Shown here: positions 1-13,034 of the stretch, piece after piece
Position numbering within the stretch: position 1 is the stretch's first letter
How the letters are laid out: every line of letters starts with the position of its first letter
Source: Octopus vulgaris
Taxonomy: Eukaryota
NCBI GenBank assembly: GCA_951406725.2
Contig: OX597816.1
Location: forward strand, 58,280,001-58,344,000
Length of the DNA stretch: 64,000 nt
Direction: 5' to 3'
Notes under the pieces: model-generated
Databases searched by the model: none
What the model saw: only the letters and a program-made list of their open reading frames with translations
Told to the model about the DNA's origin: nothing
Translations under genes and position numbers: made by a program

Positions 1-238
1 CAATTAAGGTTCTATTCATCTATAGATACTTTTGGATAGTCTTGGAGTTGCGTATTGCCAAAGAACACCGAACTTGCCTCTATCAATGCATTCCATGCTA
101 TGATAATAGATTACTGAACGGATTTGGATAATTCTGTCAAGCCAACAATTGTGATGTGCTTCACTTTGATATGCCTAGATCCTTTATGGACCCCTGTTCG
201 AAAATCTACATACATACATACATACATACATACATACA

Positions 239-414
239 GATCGTTAGCCACTACACACATTTTTTTCTCTCCTTGTTTTTTCTGTGTCCCTTTCCATAGA
301 AGAGCGTTGGGTCGAAACGTAAAAGACTTTTTCTATTCCTGAGCGTTATACTAATACATCTGTTTGTTTTGTACACCACCTGTCTTCGTCGTTTGTTTAT
401 TTTCGTAAACTCTC
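239..414 (+). mobile_element. PLE-like terminal fragment with degenerate hammerhead (copy 1)
   Basis: About 175 bp nearly identical to 39163-39335. Contains CTTT-CCATAGA-A-GAGC-gttg-GGTC-GAAA-CG-TA-AAAG (290-325) and is flanked by (TACA)n. Confidence 0.55.
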
Positions 415-634
415 GATACATAAATACATACATACGTACGTACAAAGCAAAAACCTCTTCCATTTTTCTCGAGCGTCAAATTAGTAGCCCTCCTCACCTT
501 GTTTGTGGTTCTCTCACTTGTCTCTGTTTTGGTTTTTGCACAATTTCGAACCACACACACACACACACACACACATCTGTGTATGAGTGAGAATGTGTGA
601 ACGTGTGAATGTTTGCGCTTAAATTAATAGTAAT

Positions 635-682
<48 letters not shown>

Positions 683-811
683 TACATTCGCATACATATG
701 TACACATAGGCGCGCGCGCACATATATATCTCGGTTCTATTAAAAGAGACATTGTAAAGTCAGTGTTAATCAAAGCTTACTTGAAATAATTGAGCTATAC
801 ACACATTAATA

Positions 812-845
<34 letters not shown>

Positions 846-926
846 CGCATACACATACATACGTATATATATATATATATGTGTATATACATATATATAC
901 ACATACATATATATATATACATATGC

Positions 927-957
<31 letters not shown>

Positions 958-1335
958 TATACACATACATATGCATATATATATATTTATATATATATAT
1001 ATACTCACACACACACACATATATATGCACATACATACATATATATACACATATGTATGCATGTGTGTGTGTGTGTGTGTGTGTTTGTGTGTGTGTATGT
1101 TTGTGTCTGTGTGGTTTATTGTGTGCGTACGGGAATGTATAAGCTCGTACATAAGAAAGAAGGAATACTTGAAGCGAAATATCGCAACGTTGAATGTCGG
1201 ACAGAGAAATACGTTCCAGGAATTAGCAATGAAAGTGGATTGCAGGTTAATTTTAGCTGAAGAACGAAACAGCTAGAAACCCAGTCACTAGCTTTTATAG
1301 CGCTGTTATAAGAGACTAAAGATCTATGATAGACC

Positions 1336-1369
<34 letters not shown>

Positions 1370-2269
1370 CAAGACCTCTGATAAACTGTTTAGATACCTA
1401 CTAAAATTTGCACGTTTTAGTTATCTCATCGCCATTAAAAAATGGTTTAACCCTCAATAAAAGAAAACAAAAAATGAAAGAAAATAATAAACATGAGAAC
1501 CGAAAAAATTAAACAACTTATTGAATCTGATAACATTTTTATAACAAATCATACCATTCCTATTACGGAGGCCAAACGTCTGCAATGTGTTGAAGTATTG
1601 AATCAAAAGGCTCTGACTCTTTTAATCCAATCTCTTGTCGCCACATTAGCTCAATATTTTAGTGGGGAGATAACCCAGTAATTTAATGGCAAGTTTTTAA
1701 TGGGGGTGAGATAACCAAAAAGTACCCTAAAATTGACTAATTAAGACTAAACGACGAGAGAGGATAATCGTTGTTTCGGAGTTCACTTTTTGTACACACG
1801 TTCTTCGTTTGTTTAAATACCACATTCTCTCGCTCTGTCTATGAGTATACAGAAATACTATACACACACACACGTTTATTTATCATCATTGGTTTTCACA
1901 TCTACTTATGCAAGCCTGCATGTATCGGAAGGAGTTCATTGGGGCAGATATTCTTCGATCGAATGCTTTTCCTGTTTCAAAACCTCACTTGTTTCCAAGC
2001 AAAGTAATATTTCTCCATGGCCTGACATGTTTTCGCAGAATATTGAAAACGAATGACACCACTTGTTGACAGCAATACTCATTGACAACAACCATGTGAT
2101 ACCAAGACACACACACACACACACACACACACGCAAATGTTTATACGCCATGAGCTTCCTTCAGTTACAATCTCGCAAACTTCCTCAGATGTCTCGCAGT
2201 TGAACTGAACTCAAAGACGTATACACACATCCACGCCTGCATCAATCAATCAATCAACCAATCTGTCCG

Positions 2270-2359
<90 letters not shown>

Positions 2360-2381
2360 CATCCATCCATCCATCCATCTA

Positions 2382-2413
<32 letters not shown>

Positions 2414-2425
2414 CACACACATATA

Positions 2426-3304
2426 TTGGGTCAGCCCATAAATAATGCTGTTTTTATTTATACTTCTTTTATTTTTCAAAATTAAGACAAATTTCTTTTT
2501 TGATCTAAAGCATATTCTCTTTCATTTTCTACAATGTTCTTCCATCATTCTGGTACACTTGCAAGGCCCCTCTTCTAAAATTCACTTGTCCAATACTGTT
2601 CTGACCTCGTCTACAGAATTCATATTTTTTCCGTCCAAATGATTTTGAAGACTGGAATAAATGATAATCAGATTGGGCACCTGGGTGGGAGGGGCATTGT
2701 TTCCCATTGAAACTGCTCCAGCTTTTGGAATATCATTCTCGCTGTATGTGATCGAGCATTATCCAAATGGAAGAACACCTTTCACCTTGAAACGAAAGAT
2801 GGTCGTTTTTCATCTAGCGCTGACTTGAATGACTGGTTGAATGACCAAATCCAAGCTTTTCTGCTAGTTTCTCAACAGTTACGATAGGATTTTGCCCCAC
2901 CAGGGTTTGCAGGACGTCCTTGTCGTGCTCTACAGATCTTTCAAGACGAGGCTCGTCTTTTAGGCTGTACTCTCAGGCTCGGAATTTCTGGAAACACCGC
3001 TGACACTGGACTTACGCATATTATCCGATCCCCATAATATTAATATTCTTCGCACTTTCCGTTGCGTTGTTGCTTTTATTGAACTCATAAAGCAAAATAT
3101 ACCGAATAACCCTAACCCTGTCACTTCCATTATGGCTTTGAAAAGACAACTGTTAAAATGGAACTGCACTCTTCAAAATTTGCACAAAGAATAAGTTCCA
3201 GGTAAAATCACTACCTGCTTTTATATCAAGTTGATGCAGGTAGTTTATCCCGTTCCCCTTCAAATTTTAATTGAAAAATCCGCATTATTTATGGGATGAC
3301 CCAA
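2426..3304 (-). mobile_element. Internally deleted Tc1/mariner transposon with pseudogenised transposase
   Basis: TIRs ttgggtcagcccataaataatgc (2426-2448) and gcattatttatgggatgacccaa (3282-3304), with TA on the left. Minus-strand fragments read IRYILLYEFNKSNNATESAKNINI, LDNARSH (HDNARPH-like) and SDYHLF, with frameshifts. Confidence 0.9.
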
Positions 3305-3313
3305 AATATTCAT

Positions 3314-3348
<35 letters not shown>

Positions 3349-3375
3349 CATACGTATATGTACATACATCTATAC

Positions 3376-3444
<69 letters not shown>

Positions 3445-4830
3445 TATGTGGGCACAGGACGTCACGAAACATGTACAACAACAAAAAATACGAAGTACGA
3501 GTACATGGAATATGAACTATTTTTTCGAACAACATATATATATACACACACACAAACGCGCGCAGTATACAGTCGTGAATCTATTTTTGCAAATAATTTC
3601 GACTTGCAAATTCACTGACGTCAAAAACAGCAGAATACGTTTGGCGGAAAATAATTATTACATTATATAATATAGGTCTGGGTTATTTTACATGTCGTTA
3701 CTGATACTTTTTATTTTAGCTCGGAACCAATTCCCCAAGAGAGATTGTTGGTAATAGGAGCTCCATCACACTGGAGTTACAACATGTATTTAAAAGAGCA
3801 TGCCAATGACTTTAACCAATAGAGAGAGATGGACTTGCTATACATTAACTGGTATCATAAGTGCAATTTATGTACGGCTGAAGAGCGGCAAATTTGAATA
3901 GCATTAACAATTCCGTGAATTAATTAGATGCAAGCTCGAAAGACATACAAGAACCGGATGAAGCACACTAACAGGTAATCGCTGAGTTTCTACCCTGTTT
4001 CTCTCCTTTATTACGTATTTTTTCCGTAATGTTCAAAACAATATTTTCATTCCATCTCACAACTATCATTTCTTTTCGGGATCCCCTTATATTCTCACGA
4101 CCATACAATAGATTGTCAGAATCGTTCTCAAGCCTGTTTACTTATTCTTGTTTCCTCCACAAATCACACGCTATAATCTTGGCACATTATGTAATATAGG
4201 TCTTGATATACTTTGCCTGAACAAAGATGGGATTGTCATGACTAGAACAACATCTATTATACTTCTACCGGATCAATAGTGGTGTGGAACTAAATACAGG
4301 GCAGGCTTCTTTCAGTTTCTGTCTACCAAATTCACTCACAAAGTTGATCCGGGGATATAATAGACGACACTTGCCCAAGGTGCCATGCAGTGGGATTGAA
4401 TTCGGAACCATGTGGTTGGGGAGTAGACTTTTTAACATGTAGTCACGTCAATATATAAGGATCTCAGGCGGCAAGTGTTTCCTACAATAGCCTTGAAGCA
4501 ACAAATTCTTTGTGGATGAATGAATTTGGCAGACGAAAGCTTTGGATGCACATCAGTTAGATAGGTGGATAGAAAGATAAATGTGTCTCTTTCCCAATCA
4601 CTATGAACCCGGAACCATGTGGTTGGGAAGCAAGTTTTTCTTATCACACAGCCACGCCTGCGCCTAAGATATATATAATTTCACTCCCATGCTACGGGTG
4701 AAAACGATATTTGCCCAGATGTCACGCCAAGACACACACTGACACACACACACACACAACGGAATCAATAGTTTTCTTCAAATATTCAATAATATATTGA
4801 TAACCTAGTTTCATTTTGTAGAATACTAGC

Positions 4831-4864
<34 letters not shown>

Positions 4865-5167
4865 ACGCGTACATGCGACATACACGCACGCTGGTCTTTT
4901 ACAATATATTTAAATTTAAACACAAATAAAGAGTACGCAATATATACGTAGCGAATACCTGTTATATTCGTGGTACCAGATCTATGCTTGAGGGAATCGT
5001 TCAAGCATAGATCTGCAAACTGGCAGCAAACTTTTCTCAACAAACGCCAAGCAACAGCCGTGCTGAGTTAACAGAAATGTGGTTCCTTTCGTCTACCTCG
5101 ACGCATTGGTGGCAACAGACATGTCTCCGTAATAACCATTCCGACTAATGAGTGATGAAGAGAGACG

Positions 5168-5226
<59 letters not shown>

Positions 5227-5287
5227 TGTGTGAGTGAGTACGTGCGTGGAAAGAGACACGATTTGAAGGTTTATCAGGGCCAGAATC

Positions 5288-5536
5288 TTTCCGAAAATCA
5301 AATCCCACTTGAAAGGAACACGATCTCAAGACGTCGTGGAAATCCAAGAAGTTTCAATGAAGCAGCTGCTCGCTGTCCCGCCAAAAGGCGCTCCAGGAAT
5401 GCTTCCATCAATGGAAACGACACTAGAAAATGTATGGTTTCAGAAAAGTGACAACTTCGAAGGAGATTAAATGCCGAATCGATACATGTTGGGGTTTTCT
5501 TTTTCCAGTCTCGATAGATTTTGATCAGACCTCGTA
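5288..5536 (+). mobile_element. 3' end of a second mariner element
   Basis: Degenerate translation PKIKSHLKGTRSQDVVEIQ...QECFHQWK...DNFEGD* (stop 5470), followed by the TIR ...tttgatcagacctcg-TA. Confidence 0.8.
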
Positions 5537-6060
5537 CATACATACGTACATACATACACACATACATACAAACACTTGCACTCACACACACACACAAACA
5601 CACATACACACACTTGATAACTTTGAAGAGAGTTGTGCAGCTATTCATCTCCATGACATCCACACGTTTGAATATATTTGGCGCAGTCGTGTTTAGAGTG
5701 TGTATTAATTTCAATGTATTATTCTCTCAAGTACAAAATCGAAGCCTCATACACTATGTACAATTGATAATGGAGGGAATAGCTTATCACAGTTTCATTA
5801 ATTGTATCGACCAGAAAGAAAGGTAAACAAAGCCATTGTTAAACGTTATCTTGCAGTGTTATCTGCCGTAGACTGAATTTGTTCAGTCCCCACATACACA
5901 TACAGACTCACAAACACAAGAGTACATCATGGGAAGGGAGATAAATCAAAAAGTTAAGAGGGCAGACTGCGTGTTTCTCAGCAACGGAAACAAAAAATAC
6001 AAAATTACTTATGCGCATATACACACAAAGAGACACTGCCGCAAAAGATAAAATCACATA

Positions 6061-6123
<63 letters not shown>

Positions 6124-6150
6124 TGTATGTATGTATGTATACATACATAC

Positions 6151-6477
6151 GGACTTTGGCTGATGAGAAATCAGGCACCTATTTGGCGTTAAATTTCGAA
6201 ACCGGTACCAGGTTGACCAACATTTACTTGTTCTGACCTATTTGAGGTAAGACATTATTATTGTTCACTGATATTTTTCCTATCTTGTCTGTAATGGATT
6301 TGAGACTATTCGGTGGTACAGAAGTATTTTTTGACTTCTATCATTAGCGATATAGGTACTCATGTAGTACCCTTGTGTATATATGTACATATCTATATTG
6401 TATGTATATATTTTATTAATTTGCCTGTACGGCTGATAATTCGCTTACCGCTTGTGATGGTATTTTAATAATACCAT

Positions 6478-6480
<3 letters not shown>
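6151..6480 (+). mobile_element. Penelope-like element (PLE) terminal-repeat fragment carrying the hammerhead
   Basis: About 330 bp of unique AT-rich sequence that begins with the hammerhead and sits between (TATG/TACA)n and (TA)n microsatellites. Minimal hammerheads with a palindromic helix III are characteristic of PLE pLTRs. Confidence 0.55.
6152..6214 (+). ncRNA. Type I hammerhead ribozyme (Penelope-like-element type)
   Basis: Core CTGATGA 6160-6166; helix II GAAAT 6167-6171 / ATTTC 6193-6197; GAAA 6198-6201; palindromic helix III ACCGGT 6201-6206; cleavage triplet GUA (cut after 6207); helix I TTTGG 6155-6159 / CCAGG 6208-6212. Confidence 0.8.
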
Positions 6481-6533
<53 letters not shown>

Positions 6534-7001
6534 TATTGAACCTTTGGGAAGGGCATTAAGCCGTTAATAATAAACACACGCACTGGTTCGGTCCTTTATT
6601 GTTATTGAGTTAAAAAAATTAGTGAAAAACGGCTGATCGATTAATTGGGTAACAGAGTAACTAACCTATTAACTAACAATAACAATAAAGGACCGAGCCA
6701 GTGCGTGTGTTTATTATTATAGGCATAATGCCCCTCCCAAGATTCAATAGTAATTTCTTTCAACACACGAATTCACGTCAAGAATCTTGCAAACCAAATA
6801 CGAATACGAACTATATATATGTATCAAAATAAGTAACAAGGATATCCAAGGTAGTGTAGTACAATTGTTTCACTACCTTGGCTATCCTTGTTGCTTATTT
6901 TGATTATAATAACCCCATTTGATTTATATGGATAATACCATACAAAATTCTGGTACCTTTAACTTAAGTACCATATTCATCTGAATCTAAATTTTGCTGA
7001 A

Positions 7002-7105
<104 letters not shown>

Positions 7106-7116
7106 TGTATAGGAGC

Positions 7117-7700
7117 TATAACTCTTGTGGCAACATGATGAAATAGCGAAGGAGCTGCACAGGAAACTATGAAAAGTGGGTGTTTGAGAGAGTCAAGATA
7201 TGGTATAAGCCCAAACCGCAGAGAGTGGCGGAGTCAGGGACCTGCAAAATGCTGCGTGATTTTCCAATCCAAACATCCCACGCACAACAAGCCGAACCCA
7301 ATAGCAGTCGACAAGATCAACCACATGTGCTCTATAACTCATGTTGCGTACATCTTTGACTCACGAACACGAATAGCTACGAAGACAGGTGAAAAAACCC
7401 CCAGATGTATGCAATCCTCCTAAATACGAAAGAGCTCGCCTGTAGAAAATGAAGAAGGTGAAGATGGTGCCACGTTATTGTTGGGTCCATGGGGGACAGT
7501 ATGAGAAGGCATCAAGAGGAAGATAAAAGAAATAGGGATAGAGTGGCTGGTAGACCTGTTGTAAAAAGCTTGCCTCCTTGACACGGCCAGAATAATCAGG
7601 AAGGTATTAGATTGTTTAAGAGAACGGATAACATGGTACCGTAGGCTGTAAGGAGTATGCTCGCTACTCATGCAATACTCCAGGAGTTAAAAGAATGGTG
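7117..7700 (+). mobile_element. R4/Dong-like non-LTR retrotransposon 3' remnant (restriction-like endonuclease domain)
   Basis: Frameshifted motifs HDEIA..LH, WY.PKP, DFPIQT, HNKPN.IAVDK, VIVGSMGTV and KACLLDTARIIRKVL*; ends at (TAC)n. Confidence 0.75.
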
Positions 7701-7701
7701 A

Positions 7702-7745
<44 letters not shown>

Positions 7746-7906
7746 ACAACAATCCTTTCTACAGTTGACACAAAACCTGAAGTTTCACGAGGACAAGTTA
7801 AGCCAATTACAAGGACCTCGGCGGAATTTGAACTCAGAATGTGAAGACAGAAGAAATGCTGCTAAGCACTTCGTCCAGCGTGTTAACGATTAGCCAGCTC
7901 GTGGCC

Positions 7907-7976
<70 letters not shown>

Positions 7977-7978
<2 letters not shown>

Positions 7979-8533
7979 GCCCTGATGCAATACCAGGCAG
8001 TGGCTCGCATGGCTTCTGATCTTAACTGATTGGAAGTGTTATCATGTAAATTGTTTCGTCTTGGTATAAAAGATGGGCTACAGCAAATATTCTGCTCAAT
8101 ACCACAGATTTGCTTGTCAGTTGTTTGACCATAACCAGTTGAGCATGTCCCTTAGAGGCTGACGATATGTGTATCTCTGATCACGAGCAGAAGTAGTGCG
8201 GGATCATCATAGCCATATGCTGAGAGGAATTCTTTGGAGTTTGAATAATTCACCTTTGGAAACACGGGTGTTTTGTTCCTCCTCCTTAAACAACCCATGT
8301 TCAGGGACCTTTTAAGTGGGATGGGCTACTCGACCAGAAGAAAATTCTAACTGGGCTCCACCTGCACGATCATTCGCTGTTTATCTTTATATGATATCAC
8401 CATGTCACAACATATGGTTGTGATGCATGTACCTGGTGTACCCTTATCAGACGAGTAGTCGTGATGGGTATATTGAGATTCGTATATTTTACCCTAGTGT
8501 CACTTTGATGGCAGGTATTACTCTCTCGTTGAC
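7977..8533 (+). mobile_element. ~560-bp (TAA)n-associated retroelement, copy 1
   Basis: Highly similar to 8594-9149 with the same 5' start (atgccctgatgca); (AAT)n on both sides. Confidence 0.8.
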
Positions 8534-8556
8534 TAATAATAATAATAATAATGATG

Positions 8557-8593
<37 letters not shown>

Positions 8594-8595
<2 letters not shown>

Positions 8596-9149
8596 GCCCT
8601 GATGCAGTACCAGGCAGAGGTTCTCATGGCTTCTGATCTTAACTGATTGGAAGTGTTATCATGTACATTGTTCTATCTTGGTATAAAAGATGGGCTACAG
8701 CAAATATTCTGCTCAATACCACAGATTTGCTTGTCAGTTGTTTGACCTTAACCAGTTGAGCATGTCCCTTAGTGGCTGACGATATGTGCATGTCTGATCA
8801 CGAGCAGAAGTAGTGGGGGAGCATCATAGCCATGTGTTGAGAGGGATTCTTTGGGGTTTGAATAATTCACCTCTGGAGACATGGGTGGGTTTTTCAACAT
8901 CCTTAAACAACCCTTATTCAGGGACCGTTTGAGCGGGATGGGCTACTCAACCTGAAGAAAATTCTAACTGCGCCCCACCTGCAAGGTCATGTGCAGTTTA
9001 TCTTGATATGAGATCACCATGCCGCGCACATATGGTTGTGATGCATGTGCCTGGTGTACCTTTATCAGATGGGTAGTCATGATGGGTATATTGGGCTTCG
9101 TATATTTTACCCCAGTGTCACTTTGATGGCATGAACTGCTCTCTCACTC
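8594..9149 (+). mobile_element. ~560-bp (TAA)n-associated retroelement, copy 2
   Basis: Tandem with copy 1, separated only by (AAT)n; ends ...ctgctctctcactc(aat)n. Confidence 0.8.
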
Positions 9150-9204
<55 letters not shown>

Positions 9205-9219
9205 TCATCAACAACACTT

Positions 9220-9786
9220 TCTACTTTAGACACACTTGAAATTTGGTTGTTGGGGGCGGCGACTAGTCGATTACATCAACCCCAAGTACTTAATTTATCG
9301 ACCCTGAAAGGGTGAAAGGTAAAGTTGACCTCAGCGGAATTTGAACTCAGAAGAACGTAGCGACAAGGTGAAATACCTATTTCTTTACTATTCACAAGGG
9401 GCTAAACACAGAGGGGACAAACAAGGACAGACAAACGGATTAAGTCGATTACATCGACCCCAGTGCGTAACTGGTACTTAATTTATCGATCTCGAACGGA
9501 TGAAAGGCAAAGTCGACCTCGGCGGAATTTGAACTCAGAATGTAGTGGCAGACGAAATACCTATTTCTTTACTACCCACAAGGGGTTAAACACAGAGGGG
9601 AGAAACAAGGACAGACAAACGGATTAAGTCGATTACATCGACACCAGTGCGTAACTGATTTATCGTTCCCGAAAGGATGAAAGGCAAAGTCGACCTCGGC
9701 GGAATTTGAACTCAGAACGTAGCGGCAGACGAAATACGGCTACGCATTTTCGCCCGGCGTGCTAACATTTCTGCCAGCTCGCCGCC
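9220..9786 (-). mobile_element. SINE B multimer (head + two 184-bp-type units + terminal body with standard tail)
   Basis: Junction gaaatacc|tatttc at 9377/9378 and 9561/9562; head ends at 9786; (AAT)n on both sides. Confidence 0.85.
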
Positions 9787-9912
<126 letters not shown>

Positions 9913-10238
9913 TAACAAGAACAAGAACAACAGCATATACGTTGTTAATTAACTATAAACAGTTCATCTTGCGGAAGTGTGGGGTCGTCAGAGTCGATCG
10001 TAGAGCACTGGCAATAACTTCTGCTAATTCTTTGCCAGGGCTTTCTTTAATTACTGTTTGGAATATGAAGACCAATGTAAGTGAGAGGCGTCAGTCGTCT
10101 TAACCAATCATATCCTAAATAAATGCATCAATTGCCATAATGAATATAATACGATAGAAGACAACTGCCATATTGACTCGACAATTTTTGTGTTTGTTTA
10201 TGTATGGGTGCGCGTGTGTGCGTATCTATGTATAAATA

Positions 10239-10274
<36 letters not shown>

Positions 10275-11003
10275 TATAGTTTGTATGTGTGTGTGTTTAT
10301 ATATACATATATTCATCTATGTATATGTACATATGTTTATATATGTATATTTGGTTGTATATATGTATGTATGTTACATATGTTCGTGTCTATGTGTGTT
10401 ATTGTACATACATAAACACACACACGCATACATATATACATACATACATACATACAAACATACATAGAACTTGATTAAACGGCGATATATCTCTTTAAAG
10501 TATGCAATTTATTTTTACGGCGCTCCTCTTCAGGAAATGCCATCAGGTTTTAGAAAGCTCAGTCTCCATTTCATTATTTCGTGCCGACTAGGAATTTGTC
10601 TGTGCTGCCATGTTAGAAAAATGCCTAATCTTGGAATTACAGACTGGGCAGGAAATGGTGCATAATATTGGCAATAATGGAGACACTAGGTCTATAGATA
10701 AACGGTGAAATAAGAGTTGATTTTTACTTGAACCAGCCACCCCACCCAGCACCACAATGGCTGGGTACATATTCACACACACACACACTTGTTTTTATTT
10801 TATTTTTGCTGTATTCTTTCATTTCTCTCGCAATTGCTCGTCTTTTTTTTTTGTATTTTGTTACATTTTGCCTTCAGTTTTTTTTTCCTAGTTTCCAGAT
10901 CAGGTAAACTGTACTGTAAAGAAAACTCACAACAATAGTAATAACAACAACAACAGTAACAACAATAACCACGACAAAATATGTTTGTTTTTCTTATCAT
11001 TGC

Positions 11004-11049
<46 letters not shown>

Positions 11050-12473
11050 GTTATTGTTATTATTAAATACAGGTCTGATGCCAGCATAGAACACGTGGTC
11101 AATGAGTAGGAGGGAATGGCGATGATGTGGAAGAAGAGGGTAAACGGAGCCAATAATAGCCAGTTGGCACCTGTTGGCGACGACCGGCTCACACTGTTTA
11201 ACGACGTATAGAGGTTGTCTTGTGGCCTGTATGAAAGAAATCAAAGTACTTGTGAACCGGTTGTTCTTTACAAAGTCGTCGTCGTCGTCGTCGTCGCCGT
11301 ACTTTCGTAAATAACCAACATGTACAATACTACCCTAGCTGTATTGAACTGTGTATTTATGATGAAAATATACGGTGTATAACTTTATTAAACATATATC
11401 GAGGAGTGAAATTAGCCATAGAAGAGTTTATAATATACTGAGGTTAAAAAATTCTATTTTTCTTCTTAATAAACATCCAGTTATAGCCTCGTTCTGAAAA
11501 GTGGTTACAGCAGTATCTCTGTTGAGACGTGGTTGTGGGCCTTAAGAAGGTTGCTTCCTCACCACATGGTTTCCGGTTCAGTCTTACCGAGTGGGCAGTT
11601 GTGTTCCAGGTCCACTATGGTTCTGGGCTAACTAAAAGCCACGTGAGAGGAATTACTAAACGGTTACTTGAAAAGTATATGTGGGTGTATATAATTTTCG
11701 CTTTATTGATTTTATAAAGAGGAAAGGTTAATTTTCGGTGTCTCATGAAGGAACCGAAGAATATCCAAGGTCCAGTTGTTGGGGTAAGATTTCAACTGGT
11801 CGACCAGCAACGGAGGAAGACTGTGCCCAGTGTATGTATGTATGTATGTATGTATGTATGTATGTATGTATACTCAAGACACATATCGTTGATTCACTTG
11901 ACCTGTCTTAATCGCATTAACGGGAATTGGAGATAGGATCACCCATAATTTCAACGAGAAACTAAGATCCTTCGAGGATTTGCAATGGAACACGGATGAA
12001 CCTACAAGAAATACTGACAATCTAATCGCAGCATTGTTGGTGCACATTCGAAAATGACTTTGTCACGATTCTTAGAATTAACTTCAACATATCGGAAGGT
12101 GAAGATGTACCTGTTCACGGACGCATTACCCGATACAGTCACGTTTCGCAATGACTATCCATAAAGCGTCGAGGGCGCACGGTACAGAGGTAAAGGTATT
12201 GCTCTCTAGATTGTGAAAACTTGATTTCGATTCCCAGACCGAGCGGTGTGTTGTGTTCTTGATTAAACCATTTCATCTCACTTTGCTTTGCGATCACTTC
12301 GACATCCGAAGTGTGGTACCCCATGCCGCTGTTCAGGCAACATCGATTTGATGGAAGGAGTGAGTGAGTGTGCAAAGCATACATTCTATCACTATAAACG
12401 AATCATATCTACAGATCGCTCAGCAAAGAAATGCAGAACCGTTTTTCTCGGACTACGAGGGATTACCGTTACC

Positions 12474-13034
12474 TATTTCTTTACTACCCACAAGGGACTA
12501 AACACAGAGAGGACAAACAAGGACAGACAAACGGATTAAGTTGGTACTTAATTTATCGAAATTACCGAAAGGATGAAAGGCAAAGTCGACCTCGGCGGAA
12601 TTTGAACCCAGAACGTAGCAGCAGACGAAATACCTATTTCTTTACTACCCACAAGGGGCTTAAACACAGAGAGAACAAACGGATTAAGTCGATTACATCG
12701 ACCCCAGTGCGTAACTGGTACTTAATTTATCGACCCCGAAAGGATGAAAGGCAAAGTCGACCTCGGTGGAATTTGAACTCAGAACGTAGCGGCAGACGAA
12801 ATACCTATTTCTTTATTACCCACAAGGGGCTAAACATAGAGGGGACAAACAAGGACAGACATAGGTATTAAGTCGATTATATCGACCCCAGTTCGTAACT
12901 GGTACTTAATTTATCGACCCCAAAAGGATGAAAGGCAAAGTCGACCTCGGTGGAATTTGAACTCAGAACGTAGCAGCAGACGAAATACCGCTAAGCATTT
13001 CACCCGGCGTGCTAACGATTCTGCCAGCTCGCCG
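12474..13034 (-). mobile_element. SINE B trimer with 8-bp target-site duplication
   Basis: Units start at 12474, 12635 and 12806 (161, 171 and 184 bp); CCGTTACC flanks at 12466-12473 and 13032-13039. Confidence 0.85.

Noticed and set aside
766-1276. Many 60-200 aa ORFs rich in YI/HT/CV/LSIY/poly-I/N (here and throughout)
   Set aside because: They are translations of (TA), (CA), (ATCT) and (AAT) microsatellites, often from non-ATG starts, with no domains.
1251-1292. CTGAAGA...GAAA hammerhead-like string
   Set aside because: Helix II and helix III do not pair convincingly in either register; at best a heavily decayed relic.
9530-9570. GACGAAATACC in SINE B as a hammerhead
   Set aside because: There is no CTGANGA upstream (it reads CTCAGAA); the stem belongs to the tRNA-like head.
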